A stretch of DNA of 64,000 nucleotides from Thermodesulfobacteriota bacterium (GCA_040755455.1 JBFMAY010000002.1:32001-96000); one strand, 5' to 3'; positions 40,473 to 50,972 are shown, numbered from the stretch's first letter. Numbers and translations: made by a program. The notes: generated by a model from the sequence alone, not told the origin.

Positions 40473-42419
40473 ATGGCAGTTTTAACGTATCCGGGTGTGT
40501 ATGTGGAAGAGATTTCCAGCGGCGTCAGACCGATAGAAGCTGCCGGAACATCTACAGCGGCCTTTTTCGGGGTGGCGGAACGCGGTCCGATCGGCAGCGT
40601 CAGGAAAATATTCAACTTCACCGAGTTCCAGACCAGCTACGGCGGATTCTTAAACGACTACTTTCTGGCCCACGCCGTCTTCCAGTTCTTCAATAACGGC
40701 GGCACCCAGTGCTATGTGGGCCGTGTTGCCGCCGGAGCCGACACGGCCACGGTGACCATCCTTGACCGCGGCACCTCGGTCAAGAACAGCATGACCATTG
40801 CCGCCAAATCAGCCGGCGTCTGGGGCAACCACATCATGGTGATCATTGACAGCAGCAAAGCCGATGATCCTGCCAACGATTTCAACCTGACGGTGTATCA
40901 GGACAACCCAAAACCCGATGAGGACCCGGTGCAGCTGGAGGCCTATGAGAATCTGTCCATGAATCCCGCCTCGCCAGAGTTTGTTGCGACGGTCATCAAC
41001 ACCGCCTCAAAATATATCACGGTATCGGTCAACACGGCCAACAACAACCAGATTGCCGGTTACAGCCAGAGCGCGCCAATCACCCTGGGCGGCCCCCTGC
41101 TCGGCGCCAACCAGCGGAAATTCCGCATCAACATCAACAACGACGGCTACCGGACCGTGGATCTGACCGCGGCCCTGGCGGCAGCTGACGTGAGCGATCT
41201 TGACGATATCCGCGCCGCCATCGCCGCAACCATCCAGGCCATGACCCCGCTGCGGGAATCAACGCCGGCCAATACTTACAACGTCACCGTAACCGTGCAG
41301 GGCACCAACATGCTGCGCATCGCCTCCGGCAACACCAGCGCCGCCTCCAAGGTGGAGATTGTCGCGGCCAGCGACCCGCTGGAAAATGCCGCCGGGGCGC
41401 TCAGGCTCGGCAGGCGAAACGGCGGCACCGAGGTGTACGGCTCATCCGCCATGCGGCCGCAGAACACCCCGGCCGAAGACTACTTCTATCTCGGCGACGA
41501 TACGGTGGCAGGCCCGGTTAGCGCGGTGCAACCCGGCAGCGACGGCACCCTGCCCCTTAACGACACCGATTACACCAACGCCTTTGCCTGGCTCGACACC
41601 ATCCGGGACGTCTCCCTCATTGCCGTGCCCGGCATCGGCTCCACCGCCGTGGCCGACGCCGGCATGAATTACTGCCGCAACCGGCCGCTGTCCGACTGCT
41701 TCTATATCGCCGACATGGACCGGGACGACATCAGCCTGGATGACGCCATCCAGTACCGGGACGATATCAATACCCCGAACTCCTATGGCGCGGTCTACTT
41801 TCCCTGGCTGAAAACCCTCGACCCCACCGGGCTCTCCACCGAACCGATCAATGTTCCGCCCTCGGGATTCGTGGCCGGCATGTATGCCCAAATCGATGCC
41901 AAGCGGGGCGTCTGGAAAACCCCGGCCGGCACGGAAACGGTGCTGGGCGGCGCGGTTGGCCTGGTGACCGATCTCACAGACGTGCAGCAGGGCACCCTGA
42001 ACAAACAGAAAAAAAGCGTCTGCGTCATCCGCAAATTCCCAGGTTCCGGCATCATACTGTGGGGCGGACGGACGCTGAGTTCTGATCCCGAATACAAATA
42101 CATCGCCGTGCGCCGCATGGCCATCATGCTGCGGGTCAGCATCTACAACGGCATCCAGTGGACCGTTTTTGAACCAAATGACGAGGAGCTCTGGTCCCAG
42201 ATCCGGCTCAACCTCGGCTCCTTCATGATGACCCTGTTCCGCCAGGGCGCCTTCCAGGGATCCACGCCCTCCCAGGCCTTCTTTGTCAAGTGTGACGGAG
42301 AGACCACCACCCAGGCCGATATCGATCTGGGCATCGTCAATGTGCTGGTCGGTTTCGCGCCGCTCAAACCGGCGGAATTCGTGGTGGTCAAGATCAGCCA
42401 GAAGGCCGGACAGAACTGA
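40473..42419 (+). CDS. Contractile tail sheath protein
   Basis: YPGVYVEE, PPSGFVAG, RGVWKTPAG, WGGRTL, FEPND, APLKPAEFV. Confidence 0.97.
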   Translation: MAVLTYPGVYVEEISSGVRPIEAAGTSTAAFFGVAERGPIGSVRKIFNFTEFQTSYGGFLNDYFLAHAVFQFFNNGGTQCYVGRVAAGADTATVTILDRGTSVKNSMTIAAKSAGVWGNHIMVIIDSSKADDPANDFNLTVYQDNPKPDEDPVQLEAYENLSMNPASPEFVATVINTASKYITVSVNTANNNQIAGYSQSAPITLGGPLLGANQRKFRININNDGYRTVDLTAALAAADVSDLDDIRAAIAATIQAMTPLRESTPANTYNVTVTVQGTNMLRIASGNTSAASKVEIVAASDPLENAAGALRLGRRNGGTEVYGSSAMRPQNTPAEDYFYLGDDTVAGPVSAVQPGSDGTLPLNDTDYTNAFAWLDTIRDVSLIAVPGIGSTAVADAGMNYCRNRPLSDCFYIADMDRDDISLDDAIQYRDDINTPNSYGAVYFPWLKTLDPTGLSTEPINVPPSGFVAGMYAQIDAKRGVWKTPAGTETVLGGAVGLVTDLTDVQQGTLNKQKKSVCVIRKFPGSGIILWGGRTLSSDPEYKYIAVRRMAIMLRVSIYNGIQWTVFEPNDEELWSQIRLNLGSFMMTLFRQGAFQGSTPSQAFFVKCDGETTTQADIDLGIVNVLVGFAPLKPAEFVVVKISQKAGQN

Positions 42420-42501
42420 TTTGGGAATGCGGATCGCGGATTGCAGATTTAACAAAGTTGAAAAATCATAAATAGCCCAAGAGCAATGGGGGAGAAAAGA
42501 T

Positions 42502-43002
42502 ATGGCACAGTTTACAGTTAACACCCACAGGTTCGATCCCTACCGGAACTTCAAGTTCAGAATCAAGTGGGACGGCAAATACGTGGCGGGGCTTGCCAAA
42601 TGCAGCGCTTTGAAGAAAAGCACTGAGGTGAAGGAATGGCGGGAGGGGGGTGATCCCAGCACCAGCCGCAAGCTGCCGGGCAAGACCTCCTATGACGGCA
42701 TCACTCTGGAGGCCGGCGTAACCCACGACACCACCTTTGAGGAGTGGGCCAACCTGATCAATAACTTTCAGAGCGACGCCTCCATGTCGCTGAAGAATTT
42801 CCGCAAGGATATCGTCATCGACGTCTTCAACCTGCAGGGCAGCAAGGTGCTGTCCTACAAGGTCTACCGCTGCTGGGTCTCCGAATACCAGGCCCTGCCC
42901 GGGCTTGATGCCGGCGGCAACGAGGTCATGATCCAGACCATCAAGCTGGAAAATGAGGGCTGGGAGCGCGACACGTCGGTAACGGAACCGGTTGAATCAT
43001 AA
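42502..43002 (+). CDS. Tail tube protein (T4 gp19-like)
   Basis: DPYRNFKF, WREGG, KLPG, ITLEAG. Confidence 0.95.
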   Translation: MAQFTVNTHRFDPYRNFKFRIKWDGKYVAGLAKCSALKKSTEVKEWREGGDPSTSRKLPGKTSYDGITLEAGVTHDTTFEEWANLINNFQSDASMSLKNFRKDIVIDVFNLQGSKVLSYKVYRCWVSEYQALPGLDAGGNEVMIQTIKLENEGWERDTSVTEPVES

Positions 43003-43010
43003 GGGGCGCC

Positions 43011-43889
43011 ATGCAGCGCATCACATTTCAGCTGCCGGGAGGTTACGTGGATGGTGACGGGCAGGTCTTAAGGGAGGTCGTGCTTTCTCCGCTCTCCGGC
43101 TTTGCCGAAAAAATGGTGGCCGACCGCAACGGCACGGCCACGGCGACCCTGGTCACCGCCGTGCTCAGGCACAGCATCGAGAGCATCGGCACCATTGTTG
43201 ACGTAACCGAGGAAACGGTGCGCCGCCTGCTGGTGGGTGACCGCCTCTTTCTGCTGCTTAAACTGCGGGAAATGACCTTCGGCCACCACATCCAGGCGGT
43301 TATCACCTGTTCCCGGCCGGAATGCGGCGAGCGGCTGGATATTGATTTTTTAACGGACAATATCCCGGTAACCCCGTGCCCGCAACAGTCTCTCTTTTAT
43401 GAGATGCGCCTCAGCCAGGAAGCGGGCGGCCACACCGTCAGCTTCCGGCTGCCCAACGGCGAGGACCAGGAAAGGATCATGCATCTGGTCGACACTGACG
43501 AGGCGCTGGCGGCCGACCGCCTGCTGGCCCGTTGCGTGCAGAGCATCGGCCCTGTCCAACCGCCGGCTATGGCAGATATCCTCAGTCTGTCCAGCACGGC
43601 CAAGGCGGAAATTGAAAGGGAAATGGATAGTCTGGCCCCCAAAGTCGGCCTCGACATGGAGGCGGTCTGCCCGGAGTGCGGAAGCACCTTTTCCCCCTGC
43701 TTCGATCTGCAGGAATTCGTCCTGGCGGAACTGACCACCCGGCTTGATCTGCTGCTTAAAGAGGTGCACTATCTGGCCTATCATTATCACTGGAGCGAAA
43801 AGGAAATCCTTGGCATGACCAGGGAGAACCGGCGGCGCTACATCGAGATTCTCGCCGGGGAAATGGAACGGTTGAACCATGCATTCTGA
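43011..43889 (+). CDS. Tail-assembly chaperone-like protein with Zn-ribbon motifs and DUF6760-like C-terminus
   Basis: GDR.FLLL.LR.MTFG, CSRPEC, FRLPNG.DQ, CPECG, 'EVHYLAYHYHWSEKEIL'. Confidence 0.75.
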   Translation: MQRITFQLPGGYVDGDGQVLREVVLSPLSGFAEKMVADRNGTATATLVTAVLRHSIESIGTIVDVTEETVRRLLVGDRLFLLLKLREMTFGHHIQAVITCSRPECGERLDIDFLTDNIPVTPCPQQSLFYEMRLSQEAGGHTVSFRLPNGEDQERIMHLVDTDEALAADRLLARCVQSIGPVQPPAMADILSLSSTAKAEIEREMDSLAPKVGLDMEAVCPECGSTFSPCFDLQEFVLAELTTRLDLLLKEVHYLAYHYHWSEKEILGMTRENRRRYIEILAGEMERLNHAF

Positions 43890-45252
43890 AAAAAACGGCA
43901 CGACACAGCGACCCAGGCAGCAGAGCGGTGACAGCGGCACACCGGCAGGGAGAATGGTTCGTGCGCTGCTCGGCCTGCCGGACAACACGGCCGGCGGCTT
44001 GCGGGGGCAAGGGCCGGTGCCGCCGGTGGCCTTCCGTTACCAGATGCAGCCGGCGGCCGGAGAACCTTCTCGCCCCTGGCCGCTGTCCGGCCGGACCCCT
44101 GACCGCCCTGCCGACGACATGGAGAGCGTTACCGCCCTCCCGGACAGCAAGGAGGTGGACGCCACGGCCGTGGCCCCGGGCCACTCCCCCATGGTTGACC
44201 GGCCGGCGGCCGGCAACGCCCAGCGCGCCGCATCAGCGCCACCAGCGGCAAGGACCGGGGAAAGACCCCTGGCAAGGCCTGCGGCGGCAAACCCTCCCCG
44301 CCCCGGCGGTGATGAGGCTCCGCGCCATGCCAGACCGCAGCCCCCGGCGCCGATGATGACGGCCATGGCGCCGGTCATACCTGCCCTGTCCGGGGGGGAA
44401 AAAACCCGGCAGGCGGCGAAAGACAGCGGGCAGGCGGGAGAACGCACCCAGGCGGCAGCCGGGCAAAAAGAGGCAACGCCAGGCGGTAGACAGGAAATGG
44501 CCATCCCCGGCCGGTCGACCGGCCGGCAGGTCTTTACCGCGCTGGTGCAGGAAACAAGTGATCATCCCGCCGCCGCGGACCAGCCGCCCGCCATGCCGCA
44601 AGCGTCCCTGCCCCTTCACGCCGAACAAACCAGGTATCCCGGTGCGGCACGAAACAAAGCCCACCGTTCCGCGCACCTGTCCCACGGGGAGGAACTTGCC
44701 CAGCCGCCCCTTGACCGGCGACTGACAGCCCAGGCCGCAACGCCGATGCCCGTGACGGCGCAATGGCGGGGGGCGGCCACCATGGCCGCGTCCCACGAAC
44801 CAACCCCTGCGACAGGCCCGAAAAGCACGCTGCCGAGGGGCACGGCTGGCAAAAACGCTGCCCGCGGCGGCGCGGAGGAAATCACCGCTGCCACGCCTGG
44901 ACGACAGCCCGCCGTGGCAGTGCAGCAGCAGGAACAGGCCCGGGTGGAACTCCAGGCCGGAGAACGGCATACCGCCGTGGCCCCGGCCAGACAGCCGGAT
45001 GAGGCTGGCATCCGGCAGATCGAGGAGCTGCGGCGCACATTTTACGAGCTGGTCAGCAAAAAAACCATGGCAACAGCGGCCCAGGACAATGGGCAAACCA
45101 CCCAGTCCGGCCGGGAAACACCGCAACCACCACCCCTGCAGCAGTTCGTGGTGATCAACCGCATATCAGGCAGCAGAAGCCGTGGCCGCCTTCCGGCCGC
45201 GTTCTGGGAACGGAGCTACATGGCTCGCACAACGTTAAAAATGATCCGATAA
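43879..45252 (+). CDS. Pro/Ala/Gln-rich, probably disordered protein (tape-measure position)
   Basis: 457-aa low-complexity ORF filling the gap between chaperone and cap genes; ordered-looking C-terminus 'AAFWERSY'. Confidence 0.6.
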   Translation: MHSEKNGTTQRPRQQSGDSGTPAGRMVRALLGLPDNTAGGLRGQGPVPPVAFRYQMQPAAGEPSRPWPLSGRTPDRPADDMESVTALPDSKEVDATAVAPGHSPMVDRPAAGNAQRAASAPPAARTGERPLARPAAANPPRPGGDEAPRHARPQPPAPMMTAMAPVIPALSGGEKTRQAAKDSGQAGERTQAAAGQKEATPGGRQEMAIPGRSTGRQVFTALVQETSDHPAAADQPPAMPQASLPLHAEQTRYPGAARNKAHRSAHLSHGEELAQPPLDRRLTAQAATPMPVTAQWRGAATMAASHEPTPATGPKSTLPRGTAGKNAARGGAEEITAATPGRQPAVAVQQQEQARVELQAGERHTAVAPARQPDEAGIRQIEELRRTFYELVSKKTMATAAQDNGQTTQSGRETPQPPPLQQFVVINRISGSRSRGRLPAAFWERSYMARTTLKMIR

Positions 45253-45262
45253 AGGGCCGACC

Positions 45263-46102
45263 GTGAGCGTATCCACAGCAATAGGACTGGTGAGCGAATC
45301 GCTGCGCAACCTCCTGCTTGGGGAGATGACCCTGACGCCGGAGGTGGATGTCACCATCCTGTCACCCCACGAGAAGGGGGTTGACCGGCGGGTCAACCTC
45401 TATCTGTACAAGGTGCAGGAAAGCCCCCTGCTGAAGAACATGGACTGGCAGGCCAGGGCCGACAATCCGGCCCGGCTCATGCCGCCGCCCCTGTCCCTGC
45501 ATCTTCATTATCTGCTGACCCCCTATGCCATCAACGACCAGCAGACAGGCAATGCCGCAAGCCACGAGATCCTGGGCGAGGCGATGCGTGTTTTTTATGA
45601 GAACCCAGTCATCCCGGCGGATTATCTGGCAGGCGAACTGGCCGGGGCCAGGGAGCAGATCAAGGTGATGCCCTCCACCATCATGCTGGAAGAGATGAGC
45701 ACGGTGTGGAGCACTTTTGCCCAGCCTTACCGGCTTTCCGTGGCCTATGAGGTGGCGGTGGTGCAGCTCGACATGCTGTCCGCCAGCGAACGGACCATGG
45801 CCAAACGGGTGCGGCACATCGGCGTGCCCCAGGTAGCCGCCCCCTTTCTGCCGCCCACGGTGGAAATGATCACGCCCATGGCCGCCCCGGCCGGGGCCAG
45901 CGTGACGGTCAGCGGCAAAAATCTCGCCGGCTGGAAGGCATACGTGTCACTGATGCGCAGGCCGGTCCTCGCCGGCCATGAGCTGACGGCTGACTCCTTT
46001 AGCGTCACCATCCCGGCCGACCTTGCCCCCGGTTTTTATGAAATACGGGTTGATATCTCCCACATGACGAGAAAGACCCTGTTCTTTGAGGTGACGCCGT
46101 GA
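45263..46102 (+). CDS. Pvc16/Afp16-like (DUF4255) cap/terminator protein with C-terminal IPT/TIG-like domain
   Basis: VNLYLYKV.E.P, PPLSL.LHYLLT, YRLSVAYEV.VV; 'GASVTVSGKNL'. Confidence 0.88.
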   Translation: MSVSTAIGLVSESLRNLLLGEMTLTPEVDVTILSPHEKGVDRRVNLYLYKVQESPLLKNMDWQARADNPARLMPPPLSLHLHYLLTPYAINDQQTGNAASHEILGEAMRVFYENPVIPADYLAGELAGAREQIKVMPSTIMLEEMSTVWSTFAQPYRLSVAYEVAVVQLDMLSASERTMAKRVRHIGVPQVAAPFLPPTVEMITPMAAPAGASVTVSGKNLAGWKAYVSLMRRPVLAGHELTADSFSVTIPADLAPGFYEIRVDISHMTRKTLFFEVTP

Positions 46103-48330
46103 GCGTGCAGGCCATGAAAAAGGATGCCAGCCGGGCCCTGCCTTACGGGGAAAGTTTCGCTCATCTCTCTGATGAGCTGACACGGCTGGATCTGCTGATC
46201 AGCCGGCAGGTGCTCAGGCTGCGGGCCGGGATGCCGGAGCAGCAGCCCGGCAGCGGCCTGTATATCTCCCCTGACCAGGTTGACCGGCTGCTGCAAGAAG
46301 GCGAGGGCATCCGCCCCGATCCGCCGGAGATCATGGCCAATCGCCGGCAGTTTGAGCTGCTGAGCCAGGAGATCAGTGCCAGGGTGGCCGCAAGCCTGGA
46401 GGAGAAAATCTTTCTTGCCCTGCCCTGCCTGGCCCGGATGTTCGGCCTGTCAGCAATTGAACTACAGGCCCTGGTCATCTGCCTGGCGCCGGAGCTGGAC
46501 CGCAGGTACGACACCCTCTATGCATACCTGCAGAACGACATCACCCGCAAAAAACCGTCCGTGGATCTGGTCCTGCAGCTGCTGGCCGACAGCCGCGAGG
46601 AGCGCTGGCAGCTGCGCCAGCTGTTTGCCGGCCACGCCAAGCTGCTGCGCAGCGGCATCCTGCAGAGCGTGCCTGATCCCCACAGCCCGTCCGGGGCATC
46701 TGATCTGGCCATGCTGCTCAAGGTGGACCGCCGGATGGTTGATTTCATCATCGGCAACAACGCCCTGGATGGCCGGCTCAACCGTTGCGCCCGGCTGCTC
46801 TCCCCCACTGTAACGCTGGATGAGGTGGCAGCGGCGCCGGAAATCAAGACCCTGCTGCTACACCTTGCCAGCCGCCACATCAGGCGGGAGATGATCAGGG
46901 AGAAGATGGTGATCCATCTGCACGGCCCCGCCGGCAGCGGCAAAACCACTTTGGCCCTGGCGCTGTGCCGGGAGCTGCAGTGCCCCATGCTGGTGGTCGA
47001 CCTGGAGCTGCTGCCCGGAGGTGACGAGGAATGGGAAAACACCGTGCGGCTGGCCCTGCGGGAGGGGCTGCTGACCCGCTCTATTCTTTTTTTCGACAAC
47101 ATCGACGTCCTGACCGAGCGGGCGGATAAGGGCAGAGCGTTGCTGAAAAAGACGGCCAGGGCCATTGCCGAGTACGGTTGGCTGGTCTTCCTGGCCGGGG
47201 AAAAGGCCTGGTCCGGCGAGGGATGCTTTGACGAGCTGCAGTTCCTGTCAGTTGTCGTGCCCGCGCCCCAGGTCCCCATCAGGGAGCAGGTCTGGCAGAA
47301 CATGCTGGCCGCCGAACCGGTTGACATCGGCAGGAAATGGTCGGCCAAGCTGGCCCGGCGCTTCGCCCTGACCCCCGGCCAGATAGGGCAGGCGGTCCGT
47401 TTTGCCCATACCCTGCAAGCTGCCGGCGGCCGGGACAGGAAACTGTCGCTCTCCGGGCTGTCCGCCGCCTGCCGCAGCCAGTCCCATCATAGGCTTTCGG
47501 AACTGTCCGTCAGGATTGAGGCGAAATATACCTGGGCCGACCTGGTGCTGCCGGAGGAAAAAACCGCGCTGCTCAAAGAGATCTGCGCCCAGGTCAAGCA
47601 TCAGTACCGGGTCTTTGCCGAATGGGGCTTTGAACGCAAGGTGGCCTACGGCCGGGGGCTCAGCGTGTTGTTCTCCGGCCCGCCGGGCACGGGAAAAACC
47701 CTGGCGGCCCAAGTCATGGCGGCTGAACTGCAGCTTGATCTCTACAAGATCGATCTCTCCGGCGTGGTCAGCAAGTACATAGGCGAGACGGAAAAAAACC
47801 TCAACCGGATATTTGCCGAGGGGGAGCGCAGCAACGCCATCCTCTTCTTTGATGAGGCGGACGCCCTGTTCGGCAAGCGCACCGAGGTCAAGGACGCCCA
47901 CGACCGTTACGCCAACATCGAGACCAGCTATCTGCTGCAGAAGATGGAGGAGTATGAGGGGATGGTCATCCTGGCCACCAATCTGCGCTCCAACATGGAT
48001 GAGGCCTTTACCCGGCGCATCCGCTTCATTGTCGAGTTCCCCTTTCCGGATGCCGCCTTGCGGGCCCGCATCTGGAAAAGCCATTTTCCCGGGGAGGCGC
48101 CGGTGCGTGACGGTATCGACTATGATTTCCTGGCCAGACGCTTCCAGGTGGCAGGGGGCAGCATCCGCAACATTGTCTTAAATACCGCCTTCCTTGCCGC
48201 GGAAAGCAATGAGGAGATTAGCATGAAGCATATCCTGCACGGGGTCAGGCGGGAGTTCGAGAAAATTGGCAAGCTGTGGAATGAGGAAACCATCAACCGC
48301 ACTGATTCTACCAGAAACCGAGGAGACTAA
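46099..48330 (+). CDS. CIS AAA+ ATPase (Afp15/Pvc15-like)
   Basis: Two P-loops (GPAGSGKT, GPPGTGKT), VVSKYIGETEKNL, DEADALFGKR, DRYAN. Confidence 0.95.
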   Translation: MSVQAMKKDASRALPYGESFAHLSDELTRLDLLISRQVLRLRAGMPEQQPGSGLYISPDQVDRLLQEGEGIRPDPPEIMANRRQFELLSQEISARVAASLEEKIFLALPCLARMFGLSAIELQALVICLAPELDRRYDTLYAYLQNDITRKKPSVDLVLQLLADSREERWQLRQLFAGHAKLLRSGILQSVPDPHSPSGASDLAMLLKVDRRMVDFIIGNNALDGRLNRCARLLSPTVTLDEVAAAPEIKTLLLHLASRHIRREMIREKMVIHLHGPAGSGKTTLALALCRELQCPMLVVDLELLPGGDEEWENTVRLALREGLLTRSILFFDNIDVLTERADKGRALLKKTARAIAEYGWLVFLAGEKAWSGEGCFDELQFLSVVVPAPQVPIREQVWQNMLAAEPVDIGRKWSAKLARRFALTPGQIGQAVRFAHTLQAAGGRDRKLSLSGLSAACRSQSHHRLSELSVRIEAKYTWADLVLPEEKTALLKEICAQVKHQYRVFAEWGFERKVAYGRGLSVLFSGPPGTGKTLAAQVMAAELQLDLYKIDLSGVVSKYIGETEKNLNRIFAEGERSNAILFFDEADALFGKRTEVKDAHDRYANIETSYLLQKMEEYEGMVILATNLRSNMDEAFTRRIRFIVEFPFPDAALRARIWKSHFPGEAPVRDGIDYDFLARRFQVAGGSIRNIVLNTAFLAAESNEEISMKHILHGVRREFEKIGKLWNEETINRTDSTRNRGD

Positions 48331-48335
48331 CTGAC

Positions 48336-49118
48336 ATGTTTGCCGCTCGTAAAACCAGACAGCATCGTGATCACGACAACGCCGGCTGGAGCCGCAATGC
48401 CGCCGCCGCGGCCCAAACCCATGCCGACATCCAGCCGCCTGCGGCCCAGTCCCTGCAGCGGGCCATGGGCAATCAGGCCATGCAGGCCATGGGAGATAAA
48501 AGTCACGCCTCCGGGCAGTCCCTGCCCCGCATCCGGCTGACAAACTTCTCGGCCGATGCGGCAACCGGGCAGATGAACAACAACGGCTCATTTGCGCCGC
48601 GGCTGCCGGACAAGAGCACCAACCAGACCGCCGGCGAGCAGGACCAGAACGCCTCGCTGACCTCCTTTGCCACGGAGTCCAGGGGGGTGGGCATTGTGGT
48701 GGAGATCACCAACGGCACCAGTTCGCCGGATTACCCGAACGGCTACCGCTGGACCCAGACCATTGACACCAATGTGCCCCTGGGCGGGACCACCTCCCCC
48801 TATGTTGACCCGCGGCCCAATGACGACACCAAACCATTTTACTGGACCGACGCCGAGGCGGCGGCACGGCCGACCACCTTTATCGATCATCCGTCGCGCA
48901 ATGCCCCGGCCAGCGGCACCACCACCTGGGATGCCGTGCTGTCGCTCAACGGGGTGAACGGCACCACGGTGACCAGGCTCGATTCCCTGGCCTACGGCTT
49001 TTCCATTGACACGGCGGGAACCGTATCACCCCATACCCCCACCAGTCCCGGGGGCGGGCTGGTGACCACCCACCAGATGACACTGGCTTCGGAATTTCCG
49101 GGATGGACTTTTAACTGA
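48336..49118 (+). CDS. Candidate CIS cargo/effector
   Basis: Low-complexity N-terminus with 'LQRAMGNQAM'; uncharacterised beta-rich C-terminal domain. Confidence 0.6.
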   Translation: MFAARKTRQHRDHDNAGWSRNAAAAAQTHADIQPPAAQSLQRAMGNQAMQAMGDKSHASGQSLPRIRLTNFSADAATGQMNNNGSFAPRLPDKSTNQTAGEQDQNASLTSFATESRGVGIVVEITNGTSSPDYPNGYRWTQTIDTNVPLGGTTSPYVDPRPNDDTKPFYWTDAEAAARPTTFIDHPSRNAPASGTTTWDAVLSLNGVNGTTVTRLDSLAYGFSIDTAGTVSPHTPTSPGGGLVTTHQMTLASEFPGWTFN

Positions 49119-49161
49119 GGGGGAAAATAGGATAAGACGGATAAATTTATGGATTTCCACC

Positions 49162-49560
49162 ATGCATGAGCAGCTGAAAAACAGCCCGGACTTCTCGGTG
49201 CGCATCGTCTGGAACGGCCACGAGGACAAGCCGTTCTACCGGGCCCATCTGGTCTCGGCCTCGCGCCGGGACTGGCTTGAGGACCAACCGTTCTGGGGCA
49301 ATGCGGTGATCAGCAGCGGGGAATACGGCCGGCTGTTTGCCATCCTGGAACAGCGCGGACTGCAAATCGACGAGGGATCCCATAAGGATAAGTTCGGCTA
49401 CAGCATGGAATTACAGACTGATGAGAAAACAGGCTATTGTTACCTGGGACTCACGGAAGAGACGGTGGCGACCCTGACCCTGATGCTTGCTGCCCTGGCG
49501 CCGGAGAACAGACCGCCGCTGCAGGGCATCATTGATCGGCTGCAGGGCATCAGATTATAG
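49162..49560 (+). CDS. Hypothetical protein (candidate immunity/partner)
   Basis: 132-aa soluble ORF directly after the candidate effector. Confidence 0.55.
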   Translation: MHEQLKNSPDFSVRIVWNGHEDKPFYRAHLVSASRRDWLEDQPFWGNAVISSGEYGRLFAILEQRGLQIDEGSHKDKFGYSMELQTDEKTGYCYLGLTEETVATLTLMLAALAPENRPPLQGIIDRLQGIRL

Positions 49561-49564
49561 ACTT

Positions 49565-49589
49565 TAGGGGCGGGCCTTGTGCCCGCCCT
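49565..49589 (+). repeat. REP-like palindrome
   Basis: TAGG-GGCGGGC-CTTGT-GCCCGCC-CT, intergenic. Confidence 0.6.
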
Positions 49590-49631
49590 GTTGGGGCAAC
49601 ATGGCGGCAATACACTTTATAAGGAATAATC

Positions 49632-50378
49632 ATGTCGGGCGGCTTTTCCAATAAACCGAAAATACTGCGCGGGGCCTTTGTGGAGTATGGACTCAGCATC
49701 CCTCCCCTTATTGTGCCGTTCCAGTTCAATCCGGTGCAGCTTACCAGGAACCGCAGCCTGATCTTCTCCGTACCCAATGCCCCGGCCCAGACAGGGCCTG
49801 CAGGCGAGACCGAGGAGGGACGAGCCACCAGGGTTGCGGCCAGCCGATCGACGCTGCGCCAGTTTCACCAGCGGGAGGAGTTCTCCGATCTGCTGGAGCT
49901 GCAACGGCAGCAGCAGGTGCAGGTGGGCGAGGAGTCCATCACCTTTGACATCCGCCTTGACGCGACGGACAAGCTCAATGACGGCGACGCCATCACCGAG
50001 CAGTTCGGCATCATGCCGCAGCTCTGCACCCTGGAACTCATGGTCTACCCCAAGAGCGAAAGCATGCTGGGCGCGGCGCTGGGCGCGCTGCTCGGCTCAT
50101 CCGGCGGGTTTTCCTTCACCCGCGGGGAGAACCCGCCGATGATTCTCTTCATCTGGGGCCGCAAAAGGGTACTGCCGGTGAACATCAACAGCATGAACAT
50201 CACGGAGACGGAGTTCAGCACGGATCTCAACCCCATCCGGGCAAGCGTGGCGGTGAACCTGACGGTGATCGAGGGGCCGAACCCAGTGTTTAAATATTCA
50301 AAGGCGATGAAAGAGGTCATGTCCGTGCTCAATGTGACCAATCTCGTCAATATAACCGATGTGGTGATTCCGGGATAA
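49632..50378 (+). CDS. CIS tube-initiator-like protein (Afp7/Pvc7 N-terminal type)
   Basis: FQFNP..L.R, PP..LF.WG...LPV.I.S..ITE..F...LNPIRA.V. Confidence 0.85.
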   Translation: MSGGFSNKPKILRGAFVEYGLSIPPLIVPFQFNPVQLTRNRSLIFSVPNAPAQTGPAGETEEGRATRVAASRSTLRQFHQREEFSDLLELQRQQQVQVGEESITFDIRLDATDKLNDGDAITEQFGIMPQLCTLELMVYPKSESMLGAALGALLGSSGGFSFTRGENPPMILFIWGRKRVLPVNINSMNITETEFSTDLNPIRASVAVNLTVIEGPNPVFKYSKAMKEVMSVLNVTNLVNITDVVIPG

Positions 50379-50381
50379 GCC

Positions 50382-50972
50382 ATGTTTTTCAAGAACTCAC
50401 GTTACAGAAAACAGCCATTCGCGGTGACCATCGACGCCAAGGGCCGCAGGCTCAAGTCCGTGACCCTGCGCGCCGCGCCGGAAACCAGCGGCACCTTCCT
50501 GCACACCATCGAGGAGGGCGACCGGCTCGATCACCTGGCCTACAAATATTACAAGGCCCCAAAAAAATGGTGGCGCATCATTGATGCCAACCCGGAATTC
50601 TCCTCGCCCCTTGACCTGCTCGGTTCAGGGGTGATGAGGTGCGTGCGCATTCCCCTGGCCCATGATGACGAGGCGGATGAGCCGCCCTGGAGCCAGCTTG
50701 CCGCCGGCCTTGCCGCGCTCATCGGCGTTGACGCATACCGGTTTGCGGAAACCGTGCTGCTCAACGAGGACAGCCTGAATGTGGCCGGCGAGACGATACC
50801 GGTCGCCACGGAGAGCTATGAGCGGTCGGTGATCGTCAGCTACAACAGTATAAACATTACTGAGAGCGAGCTTGCGGCAGCCGTGAACGCGGCCGGCTTT
50901 ACCGCGGGCCGGCCGGAGAATATCGGCCGGATCGGCAGGCAGATTATCATTGCCCCTGACGGCCCGGCGTAA
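50382..50972 (+). CDS. LysM/tail-X-like baseplate protein with an extra C-terminal domain
   Basis: SRY, 'GDRLDHLAYKYY....WWRIIDANP'. Confidence 0.85.
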   Translation: MFFKNSRYRKQPFAVTIDAKGRRLKSVTLRAAPETSGTFLHTIEEGDRLDHLAYKYYKAPKKWWRIIDANPEFSSPLDLLGSGVMRCVRIPLAHDDEADEPPWSQLAAGLAALIGVDAYRFAETVLLNEDSLNVAGETIPVATESYERSVIVSYNSINITESELAAAVNAAGFTAGRPENIGRIGRQIIIAPDGPA

